From: an uncultured delta proteobacterium
GTDB lineage: Bacteria; Myxococcota; Myxococcia; SLRQ01
Assembly: GCA_963727485.1 (NCBI GenBank)
Contig: CAVSGM010000002.1
Location: forward strand, 32,001 to 96,000
Length of the DNA stretch: 64,000 bases
Direction: 5' to 3'
The notes under the pieces were generated by a model, which saw only the letters and a list, made by a program, of their open reading frames with translations, was not told the origin of the DNA and searched no databases. A program made the translations under genes and the position numbers. Shown one piece after another: positions 46,628 to 57,969 of the stretch. Each line of letters begins with the position of its first letter. Positions within the stretch are counted from its first letter, which is position 1.

Positions 46628-47746
46628 ATGTCGAGCATCCCCTTCGTCGATCTCAAGGCCCAGTACGCCGCCATCAAGGACGAGGTCGACCCGGCCATCG
46701 CGCGGATCATCGCCCACACCGCCTTCGTGGGAGGGCAGGAGGTCGCCGACCTCGAGCGCGAGTTCGCCGCCTACTGCGAGGTCGCGCACTGCGTGGGCGT
46801 GGGCAACGGCACCGACGCCCTCTACCTGGCCCTGCGCGGCCTGGGCATCGGCGCCGGCGACGAGGTGATCACCGTCCCCAACACCTTCATCGCCACCACC
46901 GAGGCCATCAGCCAGACCGGCGCCACGGTGGTCTTCGTCGACGCCGACCCGGACACCTACCTCATGGACCCGGCCAAGGTGGAGGCGGCGATCACCCCCA
47001 AGACCAAGGCGCTCCTGCCGGTGCACCTCTACGGCCAGCCGGTGGACATGACGGCCCTGCGGAAGATCGCCGACGCCCACGGCCTCAAGCTCATCGAGGA
47101 CGCGGCCCAGGCCCACGGCGCCCGGGACCAGGGCCAGCGGGTGGGGAGCCTCGGCGACGTCGCCTGCTTCTCCTTCTACCCGGGGAAGAACCTCGGGGCC
47201 TACGGCGACGCCGGCGCGGTGGTCACCAACGACGCCGAGCTCGCCGAGCGGGTGCGCCGCCTCTCGAACCACGGCCGCCTCGAGAAGTACACCCACGAGA
47301 TGGAGGGGGTGAACAGCCGCCTCGACGGGATCCAGGCGGCGGTGCTGCGGGTGAAGCTGAAGCACATCGACGACTGGAACGGCCAGCGCCGGGCCGCGGC
47401 GGCCACCTACGACCGGCTGCTCGCCGAGGTGCCCGGGGTGAAGACGCCCAAGGTCCGGGACGGCGTCGAGCCCGTCTACCACCTCTACGTCATCGAGTGC
47501 CCGGACCGGGACGGCCTCTCCGAGCACCTCAAGGCCCAGGGCATCGCCAGCGGCATCCACTACCCCCTGCCCCTCCACCGCCAGCCCGCCTACGCCCACC
47601 TCGGGATCCCCGAGGGCACCTTCCCGGGGGTGGAGTCCGGCTGCCCGAAGCTCCTGTCGCTGCCCATGTTCCCCGAGCTCGGGGAGGCCGGCGCCGAGCG
47701 GGTGGCGGCGGCCGTCGCCGAGTTCGCCAAGGCCCAGGGCTGGTAG
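46628..47746 (+). CDS. DegT/DnrJ/EryC1/StrS PLP-dependent sugar aminotransferase
   Basis: [47 protein letters not shown]. Confidence 0.95.
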   Translation: MSSIPFVDLKAQYAAIKDEVDPAIARIIAHTAFVGGQEVADLEREFAAYCEVAHCVGVGNGTDALYLALRGLGIGAGDEVITVPNTFIATTEAISQTGATVVFVDADPDTYLMDPAKVEAAITPKTKALLPVHLYGQPVDMTALRKIADAHGLKLIEDAAQAHGARDQGQRVGSLGDVACFSFYPGKNLGAYGDAGAVVTNDAELAERVRRLSNHGRLEKYTHEMEGVNSRLDGIQAAVLRVKLKHIDDWNGQRRAAAATYDRLLAEVPGVKTPKVRDGVEPVYHLYVIECPDRDGLSEHLKAQGIASGIHYPLPLHRQPAYAHLGIPEGTFPGVESGCPKLLSLPMFPELGEAGAERVAAAVAEFAKAQGW

Positions 47747-49044
47747 TGCGGGTCGTCTCGGTCGCCTTCACCTTCTACGTCCGCGACGGGCGGGTGCGCC
47801 GGGCTTGCGAGGCCCTGGCCGCCCGGGGCGACCAGGTGACGGTGATCTCGCTGGCCGAGGCGGGCCGGCCCGACCGGGAGGAGATCGCGGGGGTCGAGGT
47901 CTGGCGCGTCCCGGTGTCGCGCCGGTCGCTCACCACCCACCAGACCCGGGCCCGCTACCTCCAGGAGTACGCGGCCTTCGGGGCGGCGGTGGCGCGGGCG
48001 CTGGCGGCGCTCCAGCGCCAGGGGCCGGTGGACCTGGTCCACGTGAACAACATGCCCGACGCCCTGGTCTTCGCGGCGCTCGGGGCGATGCGCCGGCGGG
48101 TGCCGGTGCTCCTCGACGTCCACGACCTGATGCCGGACCTGTTCGTGAACAAGTTCGGCGGTGACGGCGGCGGGCTCCTCGCCCGGGCGCTGGTGGCCCA
48201 GGTGCGCGCCTCGGCGGCGCTGGCCGACGGGGTCCTCACCGTCCACGACGAGGCCGCGGACCTCCTCGCGGCCTACGGGGTGCCCCGGGAGCGCATCCAC
48301 GTGGTCCTCAACGCCGCCGACGACGCGGTCTTCACCTGGCGCGGCTTCAAGGCGCCCGGTGACGACTTCGTCCTCGCCTACCACGGCTCGGTGTCGAGGC
48401 GGCACGGCCTGGACCTCGCCCTCGAGGCCCTGGCCCGGGTCCGCAATCGGCTGCCCCCCGGGACCCGCCTGAAGATCCTCGGGGAGGGCGACGCGGTGGA
48501 CGAGGTCGCCGCCCTGCGCACCCGCCTCGGCCTCGAGGATCTCGTCGAGCTCACCCCCCACTTCGTCCCCGTCGAGGAGATCCCGGCGTTCCTCGCCGAC
48601 GTGGACCTGGCCCTGGCCCCCTACCGCCAGGACCCGGCCACCGAGCTGATGCTCCCCTGCAAGCTCTTCGACCTGGGGAGCGTGGGCATCCCGGTGGTCC
48701 TGTCGCGGCTGGCGTGCGTCTCCCGGTACTTCGACGAGGGCGCGGTGACCTACGTCCCCGCCGGCGACGTCGGCGCCCTCGGCGAGGCCCTCGTCGCCCT
48801 GGCGAACGACCCCGCGCGCCGGCGCCGGCAGGTCGGCGCCCTCCACGCCCGCACCGACGCCCTCTCGTGGCCGGTGCAGCGCGCGGCCTACCTGGACCTG
48901 GTCGACGACCTGGTGGCCCGGGGCGGCCGGGGCCCGGCGCGGGCGGTGGCGGCGGCCGGGGCCGAGGGGATCCGGGGGCTGTTGCGCCGGCCGGTCACCG
49001 CGGCGACGACCCTCGGGGCGCCAGGACCCACGGCGGCCCGGTGA
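47746..49044 (+). CDS. GT4-family glycosyltransferase
   Basis: GTG overlapping DegT stop; DGRVRR, HVNNMPD, DVHDL.P, YHG....HGLD, P.KLFD. Confidence 0.85.
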   Translation: MRVVSVAFTFYVRDGRVRRACEALAARGDQVTVISLAEAGRPDREEIAGVEVWRVPVSRRSLTTHQTRARYLQEYAAFGAAVARALAALQRQGPVDLVHVNNMPDALVFAALGAMRRRVPVLLDVHDLMPDLFVNKFGGDGGGLLARALVAQVRASAALADGVLTVHDEAADLLAAYGVPRERIHVVLNAADDAVFTWRGFKAPGDDFVLAYHGSVSRRHGLDLALEALARVRNRLPPGTRLKILGEGDAVDEVAALRTRLGLEDLVELTPHFVPVEEIPAFLADVDLALAPYRQDPATELMLPCKLFDLGSVGIPVVLSRLACVSRYFDEGAVTYVPAGDVGALGEALVALANDPARRRRQVGALHARTDALSWPVQRAAYLDLVDDLVARGGRGPARAVAAAGAEGIRGLLRRPVTAATTLGAPGPTAAR

Positions 49045-52000
49045 CCTTCAGCCGGACGACGCCCGGGTCGCGCTTCCGGTAGGCGACCAGGGACCCGGCG
49101 CCGTCGGAGATGAGCCACCGGGCGCCCCCGGGGAGGGGCACCGCCGCCGTCCTGGGGGCCGGGGCCTCGGCCCCGCTGGCGTCCGGTGCCAGGGCCAGGC
49201 GAGCGGCTCCGTCGTCGCCGAGGGCCACGACCACCGTGTGGCCGTCGACCGCGACCGGCGCCAGGGAGGTGACGCCGACGCCCCCGGGGGCCGGGAAGCG
49301 GAGGTGGGGCCGGAGGTGGCCATGTTTCAGGGTGTAGACGACAATCGTGGGCGGCGCCCCGCTGCCGCCCCGGGCGATCAGCAGCTCGTCGCGGCCGTCG
49401 CCGTCGAGGTCGGCCGCCGCGAGGGTCCGGAACGGACCGCCGGTGGGGATCGACCAGGTAACCCACCGACTTGAGGACGCGGCCCCGGGCGGCCATGACG
49501 ATCACCCGGTGGTCGAGGTTCCGGGCGAGCGCCACCGCCTCGGGGCGGTGGGCGCCCTGGAACCGTCCCACGGCGAGCCCCACGAAATGGCTCCCGGCGC
49601 CGAAGTCGAAGCGCGGCCCGGGGCGGCCGGCGGCGTCGAGGAGGAAGAGGTCTCCGTCCCAGGCGTTGACCAGGGCGTAGCGCGCCGAGGGCCCGAGGTC
49701 GCCGGCCCCAATCCCCGCCCAGCGCAGCCCCCCGAGGCGGCCGCCGCCGAGGCCGGCGAGGTGCAGGTTCTCCAGGGGGAAGGGCGGCGCCGCCGGGCCC
49801 AGCCGCGGGCCGGAGACGAGGTCGCGGACCCGGAAGCGCCCGGTGGCGCCGTTCGCCGCGTAGGCCACCAGGCCGTCCCCGTCCCGGCCGGCGCCGAGGA
49901 GGGGCTCGCAGGCGTCGCCGACCCCGTCCCGGTCGCTGTCGAGCTGGCTCGGGTCGTAGCGCAGGCAGTCGTCGACGCCGTCGGGGATGCCGTCGTGGTC
50001 CCGGTCCCGGCCGGCGAGGAGGCGCGCGGCGAGGGCGGCGCGGTTCTCCCGGCCGTCCTTGGCGCGGCCGAGGTCCACGGCGACCACCTGCCCGGACGCC
50101 GGATCCACCAGGGGCGCCCCGGGGGGGCCGGAGCCGTCGCAGTCGTCGAGGATCACCGGGCCGTCGACCCGGCGCACCCGGCAGGTGGTGACCTGCTCCC
50201 GGGTCACCCGCCACAGGAGCTGCCCGGCCTTCGGGGGGCGGGTGGCGATGGCCCGGCTGGCGCCGGCGAGGTCCACCAGGTCGCGCCCGGGCCCGGCGGC
50301 GCGGCAGCGTACGGCGGCGAGGTCGGCGCCCGGGACCCGGTCCACGGCGCGGAGGCAGCGCACCGTCCCCTTGCCCACGGTCACCCGGCCGAGCAACACG
50401 CTCCCGCACCGGTCGGTGGTGAGCACCGACCGGCCCCCGAGGACCGTGGCCCAGCAGCGCCGGCCGCTCAGCGGAGCCCCATAGGACACCACCGCCGCGG
50501 CGGCGATCCGCCTGGGGTCCTGGGGCGAGAGGGCCGACACCGGCACCCGATCGTCGTGGCCCACCACCACCGGCCCGCTCTGCTTCCAGGGCAGGAGGTG
50601 CACCGGCGGGGCCTCGATGCCGTGGGTCATGGCCCCGGCGGCGACGGCCACCAGGGCGACCCCGGCGATCCCCGGCCACCCGAAGGGCGAGAGGAAGAGG
50701 ACCCGGAAGGCCAGCGCCACCGCGAGGATGGTCAGGGCCGAGGCGGGGATCCAGGGGCCCGCCGCCTGGGGGACGCCCGCGGCCGGCGCCAGCACCCTGG
50801 CTACCAGGATCCAGGCGCCGAGGGCGGTGACGGCGGCGAGGAGGAGGCTCCAGGTGAAGCCGTCGGCCCGGAGGCGGCGCCGGAGCGAGGGGAAGATGCC
50901 CACGAAGAACCCGGCCCCGGCGAGGGCGAAGAGCGCCCCTACGCGGATCGACGACCCGGCGCCGGTGAAGAAGCCACCGGCGCCGAGGCTGGGGTCCCAC
51001 CGGCCCTGGGTGAAGCCCACGAGGATCCCCAGGCCCGCGGGGACGGCGACCCCGGCGACCCCGGCGAGGGTCGGCCGCGGCAGGGGCGCCTCCCGGGTCC
51101 AGGCGACGACGGCGAGGCCGGCGGCGAAGGCGAAGACCAGGCCGTAGAAGACCTCTCCGTCGAACCAGGGCGTCTGGCCCACCCCGGTGGCGAGGATCCC
51201 GGCGACGGCGGCGATGGCCCCGAAGCCGAGCGCCGCCCCCAGGCGGTCGCCGGCGGCCCGGGCCCTCCGGTAGGCCGGGACCGTCGCCATGAAGAAGGCG
51301 ACGAAGAGCCAGAGGAAGGCGGCCAGGCCCAGGGCGCCGGTGGTGGCCCACCAGTGGATCACCGTGTTGTGGGCGTGGGTCCGCATGGGGAAGGCGGCGT
51401 CCCAGCGGTCGAAGTACCAGCCCGTGGCGGCGACGTAGTGGCCGTTGCCCACCCCGGTGGCCGGGGCGTCGCCGGCCATCTCCAGGCTGTGGGCCCACAT
51501 GAACACCCGGTCGCGGTTGTGGCTGTAGTCGAGGTGGAAGGTGGTCGCGGCCTTCGCCCGGACGGCGGGCATCGCCAGGACCAGGACGGTGAGGACCACC
51601 GCGCCCCAGGCGACGGCGAGGGCGAAGGCCCGGCGGCTCCGGGCGAGGGCCGCGGCGGCGAGGCCGGCGAGGAGGCCGATCCAGGCGGCGCGCACCTCGG
51701 TGAAGGCGAGGGCCACCAGGGCCGGGGCGGCGGCGGCGGCGACCAGGGTTCGGCGCCACCCTCCCCGGACGAGCTCCACCGCGGCGGCGGCGAAGAAGGC
51801 CAGGGTGGTCACCCAGACCATGGAGAGGGTGGAGTAGGCGTTGAACAGGCCGCTGACCCGGTAGCGGCCGGGGGTGACGCCCGAGCGCGGGAGCACCACG
51901 GCCGTGCCGTGGCGCAGGAGGTCGACCCCGGTGAACCGCTGGACGATGGCGTAGACGCTCACCGCCCCCGTGACCCCCAGGAGCGCCACGAGGCCCCGGC

Positions 52001-52379
52001 GGGCGGCGGCCCGATCCCGGACGAAGGCCGAGGTGACGGCGACCACCGCCAGGAGCCGCCAGAAGTCGAAGGCCTCGATGGCCGAGTAGCCCCGCACCGA
52101 GGTGAAGACCAGCGAGAGGATCACCGTGGCCGCGTGGAGGACCAGGGGCCCGTCCACCGGGCTCCGGGCGAGGCCCGGGCGGCGCTGGAGGGTGAGGCCG
52201 AGGAGGGCCAGGAGCACCACCCCCCAGGCGAGCTGCTCGCCGGCGATGCTCGCGGGGACGCAGGCGGAGAAGACCACCGCCGCCGCCGAGGCGACCGCCG
52301 CCGTCCACCGCGACGCCGGGGTGGGGATCGGGTCGGCGGCGGGGGCCGCGGCCTCGGGGTGGGCAGGGAGCGCGCTCAT
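48995..52379 (-). CDS. O-antigen-ligase (WaaL/Wzy_C) family protein fused to degenerate trypsin-like, TSP3 and FG-GAP-like domains; +1 frameshift near 49460
   Basis: R...W......P.TGVG.G.Y and HAHN motifs; extra TMs; DRDHDGIPD...DSDRDGVGDACE; ADLDGDGRDELLI in shifted frame ending at 48995. Confidence 0.75.
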
Positions 52380-52420
52380 CGGGGAAGCCCGGGGATCCAG
52401 GGCGGCGGGACTCTACCGCA

Positions 52421-53491
52421 TCAGGCGTCGAGAAGAAGCAGGGCGAGGCCCAAGGCGGCCGGGAGGGCCACGGGGATCCACGCGGCGAGCCACGGCGCCA
52501 GGAGCCCGGAGAGGCCGAGCGCCCGCCCCAGCGCCAGGAGGGTCCACCCGGCAAAGGCGATGGCGACGCCCGTCCCCGCGGTCTCCACCACCGTCCGGGG
52601 GACGTGCAGCCGGAGGGCCAGGCCCAGGGCGAGGGTGGCCAGGGCCAGGCCCAGGAGCGGGAGGGCGCGGCGGCTCTGCCGCTCGACGGTCATCGCCGCC
52701 ACCGGTCGGCCCTGGTGGCGACGGAGGCGGATGGCCTGGTCGAGCTCGGCGCCGGTGAGCTCCCTGGGCTCGCCGGGGAGGCCCGCGAAGATCGCCGGGG
52801 CCAGCTCGACCCGCATCGGCCCCTGGGTGAGGGCCACGTGACGGGGGTCCGCCGGGAAGCGCCAGACCCGCACGCCCTCGGCGTGCCACCGGCCGTCCGC
52901 AAAGGTCAGGGTGTCGGCGGTGGCGAGGCGGGTGAAGCGGCCGCCGGTGGCGTCGTAGCGGGTGACGTCCTCCAGGCGGTGGCCCCCGTCGTCGATGTGG
53001 CCCACGTGGTAGAGGGTGTGCCCCTGGCCGGCGTACCAGTGGGGCCGGAGGTGGAAGATGGTCCAGGTGTAGGTCCACCGCTGGAGGACCCGGACCTGGA
53101 TGTGGGTCACGGTCCGCTCCAGGCGGGGCACCGGCCCGTCGGCGGCCCAGAAGGCGACGACCGAGAGGACGGCGGCCACCGCCATCGCCGGCAGGGCCAG
53201 GCGGAAGGGTCCGGCGCCGGCGCCGCGCAGGGCCAGGAGCTCGCCGCTGCGGTGGAGGGCGTGGACGGTGAACAGCACCCCGAAGAGGAGCGCCAGGGGC
53301 AGGGCCTGGAGGGCCATCCCCGGGGCCTTGTGGAGGTAGAGCTCGATCCCCAGTCGCAATCCGTCCCGGTGGGCGGCGAGGTCCGGGGCGAGGTCGGCGA
53401 GGTCCGCGAGGACGAGGAGCCCCAGGGCCGCCACCAGCCCGGCGAGGATCCGGGCGCCGTAGGCCCGCACCAGCATCCGCATCCCCGTCAT
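52421..53491 (-). CDS. lptG: LptG-like LPS export permease
   Basis: LP.ALL.G....L...GEL.AL..AG, periplasmic beta domain, P.LAAWIP; ATGA-coupled to lptF. Confidence 0.82.
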   Translation of the reverse strand: MTGMRMLVRAYGARILAGLVAALGLLVLADLADLAPDLAAHRDGLRLGIELYLHKAPGMALQALPLALLFGVLFTVHALHRSGELLALRGAGAGPFRLALPAMAVAAVLSVVAFWAADGPVPRLERTVTHIQVRVLQRWTYTWTIFHLRPHWYAGQGHTLYHVGHIDDGGHRLEDVTRYDATGGRFTRLATADTLTFADGRWHAEGVRVWRFPADPRHVALTQGPMRVELAPAIFAGLPGEPRELTGAELDQAIRLRRHQGRPVAAMTVERQSRRALPLLGLALATLALGLALRLHVPRTVVETAGTGVAIAFAGWTLLALGRALGLSGLLAPWLAAWIPVALPAALGLALLLLDA

Positions 53492-54613
53492 CGCCGAGCG
53501 CGCCTCCACAGGAGCCAGACCCCGGCGCCGAGGGCCGCGACGTTGGGGATCCACACCGCGAGCCACGGGGGCACCCGGCCGGCCATCGCCCAGGCCTCCC
53601 CGAGGCGGAGGACCAGGTACCAGGCGACCACCAGCCCGATCCCCGCCACGAAGGCGAGCCCCCGCCGGGGCTCCCGCCGCCCGGCGCCGGCGAGGCCCAG
53701 CGGCATCCCCAGGATCGCCAGCGCCAGGCAGGCGAACGGGAAGGCGATCCGGTGATGGTAGAGGGTGAGGATCTTCCGGCGCAGCGCCGGGGTCTTCGCC
53801 GCCCGGGCCCGCTGGAGCAGGGCGCCGGCGGTCCGGGTGTCGAGGCTGCCGATGAACTTCACCCGGTGTTTCACCGTCTCGCTCACGTCGATGGTGATGC
53901 GGCCCTGGTCGAAGCGGGCCCGGGTGAGGGTGGGGCGCCCGGCGGCGTCGGGGGGGCCGGGCTCGAGGAGCTCGCCGTGGCGGACCACGAGATCGAGGCC
54001 GCCTCGCACCGGCATCAGCTGCGCCCGGGTCGCCACCACCGTGGCGTCGCCCCCGCGCTCGGCGATCTGGAGGAAGACCCCGGTGAGGGTGCCGTCGGGG
54101 CGCCGGCCCAGGGCCCGGAGGGTGACGCCGGGGATCTCCTCGTGGATCACCGCGGGCTTGAGCCCCCCCGCGAGGTTCTTCTCCACCACGTGGGCGAGGC
54201 GCGACGAGAGGGCGCGGAGGGACGCCGGGGTGGCCACGGTGGTGAGGACCAGGGTCGCGGCGGTCGCCAGGACCCCGAGGAGCACCGGCCCGGGCCAGAG
54301 CGACAGCGGAGAGCCCCCGGCGGCCTCGAAGGCGAGGATCTCCCGGTCGGTGGCGAGGCGCCCGAGGCCGGCGACCACCCCCACCATGGTGGCGATGGGG
54401 AAGGTGAAGACCAGGAACCGGGGGAGGAGCAGGGCCAGGATCGCGAAGAAGTCGCCGGCGGTGAGCCCGTACCCGAAGGCCGCCTGGCCGATGCGCAGGA
54501 TTCTGGGTGGTGAGGAGCAGCAGGACGATGACGACCACGGCGCTCACCGCCGGGAGGAGCACCTCCCGGGCCGTGTACCAAGTCAGCCGTCGCCCGCCGC
54601 CGCTGAAGGCCAT
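53488..54613 (-). CDS. lptF: LptF-like LPS export permease; +1 frameshift at 54501-54502 (likely sequencing error)
   Basis: Y..RE...P, GRL..DRE..A..AAG, H.R.A.P.ACL....LG.PLG, WIPN. Confidence 0.85.
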
Positions 54614-54683
54614 CGGCGCGGAACATAGCACGGGGTCGCCGGCCCCCTTGGCGCCCCTTCGGCCCTGCGGCTATCTTCCCGCC

Positions 54684-55340
54684 ATGCCCGATCCCGAGCC
54701 CAAGGCCGCGCCGCCCGCCCTGGCCCCGAACCTCGCCGCCGCGGTCCGCCGGGCGGTGGGGCACCTGGTGGCCGGGGGCCTGGTGATCGCGCCCACCGAG
54801 TCGGCCTACGGGATCTTCGTCCTCGCCAACCGGCCCAAGGCCCTGGCGCGGCTCCGGGCCCTCAAGGGCCGGCCCGCGGGCCAGCCCCTGCCGCTGGTGG
54901 TCGCCGACCTGGTCGCCCTCGCCCGGGTGGCGCTCCCGCCGAGCGACGCCCAGAGCCGGGTGATGCAGTACCTCTGGCCCGGGCCCCTGACCCTGGTGCT
55001 CCCGGCGCGGGACGACGTCCCCGAGGAGGTCACCGGGGCCACCGGCACCGTGGGCGTGCGCATCTCCCCGCACCCGGTGACCGCGGCCCTCTGCCAGCTC
55101 ACCGGGCCGCTCACCGCCACCAGCGCCAACCTCTCCGGGGGCCCGCTGGTCCGAAACGTCGGCGAGCTCGACCCGGCGCTCCTCGTCGAGGACGTCCTGG
55201 TGGTCGACGGGGGCTTCTGCCCCGACGCGCCGCCGTCCACCGTGGCCCGCATCGACGCCGACGGCACCGTGACCATCCTCCGGGAGGGCCCGGTGAGCGA
55301 GAAGCAGATCCGCGCCGTCCTCGGCCAGCCCGACGACTGA
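54684..55340 (+). CDS. tsaC: L-threonylcarbamoyladenylate synthase (TsaC/Sua5/YrdC)
   Basis: PTESAYG, KGR....PL, WPGPLTLVL, TSAN.SG, PST, LREG. Confidence 0.92.
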   Translation: MPDPEPKAAPPALAPNLAAAVRRAVGHLVAGGLVIAPTESAYGIFVLANRPKALARLRALKGRPAGQPLPLVVADLVALARVALPPSDAQSRVMQYLWPGPLTLVLPARDDVPEEVTGATGTVGVRISPHPVTAALCQLTGPLTATSANLSGGPLVRNVGELDPALLVEDVLVVDGGFCPDAPPSTVARIDADGTVTILREGPVSEKQIRAVLGQPDD

Positions 55341-55394
55341 CCGGCCGTCGCCCCGCCCCCCCTCGACCGGCGCTCCCCGCCGGAGGTCCCGCCC

Positions 55395-56703
55395 ATGCCC
55401 CGCGTCCAGGCCTTCCGCGCCCTCCACTACACCCCCGCGGCCGGTCGGCCCGACGACCTGGTGGCCCCGCCCTACGACGTCCTCGACGACGCCGGCCGCG
55501 CCCGGCTCCTCGCCGGGCGGCCCCACAACCTGGTCCACCTCACGCTCCCCGAGCCCTCGGATCCGGCGCGGCCGGAGACCCGCTACGCCGCCGCCGCGGA
55601 CCGCCTCGCCAGCTGGATCACCGACGGCGTGCTCACCCGGGACGCCGAGCCGGCGCTCTTCGCCATGACCCAGCGCTTCACCCTCCCGGACGGCACCGGG
55701 GCGGTGCGCGCCGGGGTGCTCGCGGCCATGCGCCTCCACGACTTCGACGAGGGCGTGGTGCTCCCCCACGAGCGGATCCTCACCGCGCCCTTCGAGGATC
55801 GCCTGCGCCTGCGGCGGGCCACCCGCACCCAGCTCGAGCCCATCTTCCTGGTGTTCTCCAATCCCACCGGGGCGGTGCGCGAGGCGGTGGGCGCGGCCCG
55901 GGGCGAGGCGCCGGTGATGGCCGCGACCACCGGTGACGGGGTCACCCACGGCCTCCACCGGATCGCCGGGCGGGCGCAGATCGACGCGGTGGCCTCGGCG
56001 CTCGCGCCCCAGCGGGCGGTGATCGCCGACGGCCACCACCGGTACCAGACCGCGCTCGCCTACCGCGACGAGGTGGGCCGGGACCTCGAGGGCCCCCACC
56101 AGTGGGTCCTGGCCTTCCTCTGCCCCCTCGAGGACCCGGGGCTCCAGAATCCTGCCGACCCACCGGCTGGTCCACTCGGTGCCGGGCCTCGACCCAGGGC
56201 GGCTCCTCGAGGACGCCCGGTCCTTCTTCGAGGCGACGCCCGTGGGCGCCAATCCGGCCACCGCCGCCGGGCGCCAGGCGATCCTGGGCGCCCTGGCCGA
56301 CGCCGGCCGGGAGGCGAGCACCGTCGCCCTGGTGACCCCGGACGGCCGGGCCTTCACCCTGCGCCGCCGCCCCGACGCCGCGCCCCCGCCCCCGGTCGCA
56401 GAGCTCCCCACAGACCTCGCCGCCCTCGACGTGAGCGTCCTCCACGGCGGGATCCTCCAGCACCTGATGGGCCTCTCCCCCGAGAGCCAGGCGCGCAAGG
56501 AGAACCTGCGCTACGTCGACGCCGCCGGCCCGGCCTTCGACGCCATCGCCGCGGGCGAGGGCCAGCTGCTCTTCCTGATGAACGCCACGCCCATGGACCA
56601 GGTCCGGGCCGTCGCCGAGGCCGGGCACCGGATGCCCCAGAAGAGCACCTTCTTCTACCCCAAGCTCGCCAGCGGCCTGGCCCTGAACCCCCTCACCGAC
56701 TGA
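55395..56703 (+). CDS. DUF1015-family protein; +1 frameshift at 56148-56149 (likely sequencing error)
   Basis: PPYDV, PHE, IADGHHRY, ILPTHR restored by removing one A, MPQKSTFFYPKL.SGL. Confidence 0.88.
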
Positions 56704-56808
56704 CCGGGGCCGCCGGGCGCGGGCACGAGGCGAGCGGGGCGGCGGCGCGGGGGGAGAGCGCCCCATGGCGGCGTTTGATCCCCGCGGGCCACGCGCTATG
56801 CTCCCGCC

Positions 56809-57780
56809 ATGTTCCCCACCGACCGCCCCCGCCGCCTCCGCCGCACCGAGACCCTCCGCCGGATGGTCCGGGAGACCCGCCTCCAGCCCTCCGACCTCAT
56901 GTACCCGGTGTTCGTGGTCCCCGGGAAGGGCGTGGTGAACCCGGTGAAGTCCATGCCCGGCGTCTCCCAGCGCTCGGTCGACGAGACGGTCAAGGACGTC
57001 CGGGCCGCCTGGGACGTGGGGGTCGCCTCGGTGATCCTCTTCGGGATCCCCGAGCACAAGGACGCCCGGGGCACCGAGGCCTACGACGACGACGGGGTGG
57101 TGCAGCAGGCCATCCGCGCCATCAAGGACGCGGTCCCGGAGATGTGCGTGGTCACCGACGTCTGCCTCTGCGAGTACACCGACCACGGCCACTGCGGCAT
57201 CGTCGAGGGCGACCGCATCCTCAACGACCCCACCCTCGAGCTGCTGGCCCGGGAGGCGGTGAGCCACGCCAAGGCCGGCGCCGACATCGTCGCCCCCAGC
57301 GACATGATGGACGGCCGGGTCGGCGCCATCCGCGCCGCCCTCGACGAGGAGGGCTTCGAGGAGACGGCGCTGATGAGCTACGCGGTGAAGTACGCCAGCG
57401 CCTTCTATGGTCCGTTCCGGGACGCCGCCGACAGCGCCCCGAGCTTCGGCGACCGCAAGACCCACCAGATGGACCCGGCCAACGCCCGGGAGGCCATGCG
57501 CGAGGCCGAGGAGGACGTCCTCGAGGGCGCCGACATCCTCATGGTCAAGCCCGCGCTCCCCTACCTCGACGTGGTCCGGCAGGTCCGCGACCGCTTCGAC
57601 CTCCCGGTGGCCGCCTACCAGGTCAGCGGCGAGTACGCGATGGTCATGGCCGCCGCCGCCAACGGCTGGGTCGACGCCGACCGGGTCCTCCTCGAGAGCC
57701 TCACCTCCATCCGCCGGGCCGGCGCCGACCTCATCCTCACCTACGCGGCGCCGCGGGTCTCGCGCCTCCTGGGCCGATAG
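56809..57780 (+). CDS. hemB: Porphobilinogen synthase (Zn-type)
   Basis: [46 protein letters not shown]. Confidence 0.97.
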   Translation: MFPTDRPRRLRRTETLRRMVRETRLQPSDLMYPVFVVPGKGVVNPVKSMPGVSQRSVDETVKDVRAAWDVGVASVILFGIPEHKDARGTEAYDDDGVVQQAIRAIKDAVPEMCVVTDVCLCEYTDHGHCGIVEGDRILNDPTLELLAREAVSHAKAGADIVAPSDMMDGRVGAIRAALDEEGFEETALMSYAVKYASAFYGPFRDAADSAPSFGDRKTHQMDPANAREAMREAEEDVLEGADILMVKPALPYLDVVRQVRDRFDLPVAAYQVSGEYAMVMAAAANGWVDADRVLLESLTSIRRAGADLILTYAAPRVSRLLGR

Positions 57781-57783
57781 GGC

Positions 57784-57969
57784 ATGGTGTACAAGGTCGT
57801 CGAGGTGGGGACCGTCACCGACGAGAGCCTGGAGCAGGTGCTCAACGCCTACACCGCCGAGGGCTGGCACCTCGACACCATCCACTTCGCCATGCGCGAG
57901 TCCTCCAAGCGGCCGGCGATGGCCTTCGTCCTCTTCACCCGTGAGGATCCAGGTGCCCAAGGGCCCTAA
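57784..57969 (+). CDS. Small DUF4177-like protein
   Basis: YKVVE...LE..LN....EGW.L ... F.R pattern; follows hemB by 3 nt. Confidence 0.72.
   Translation: MVYKVVEVGTVTDESLEQVLNAYTAEGWHLDTIHFAMRESSKRPAMAFVLFTREDPGAQGP

Noticed and set aside
55395..57944. 849-aa ORF suggesting a DUF1015-HemB-spanning fusion
   Set aside because: Produced by the 56148 frameshift; hemB is in a different frame with its own promoter-like signal.
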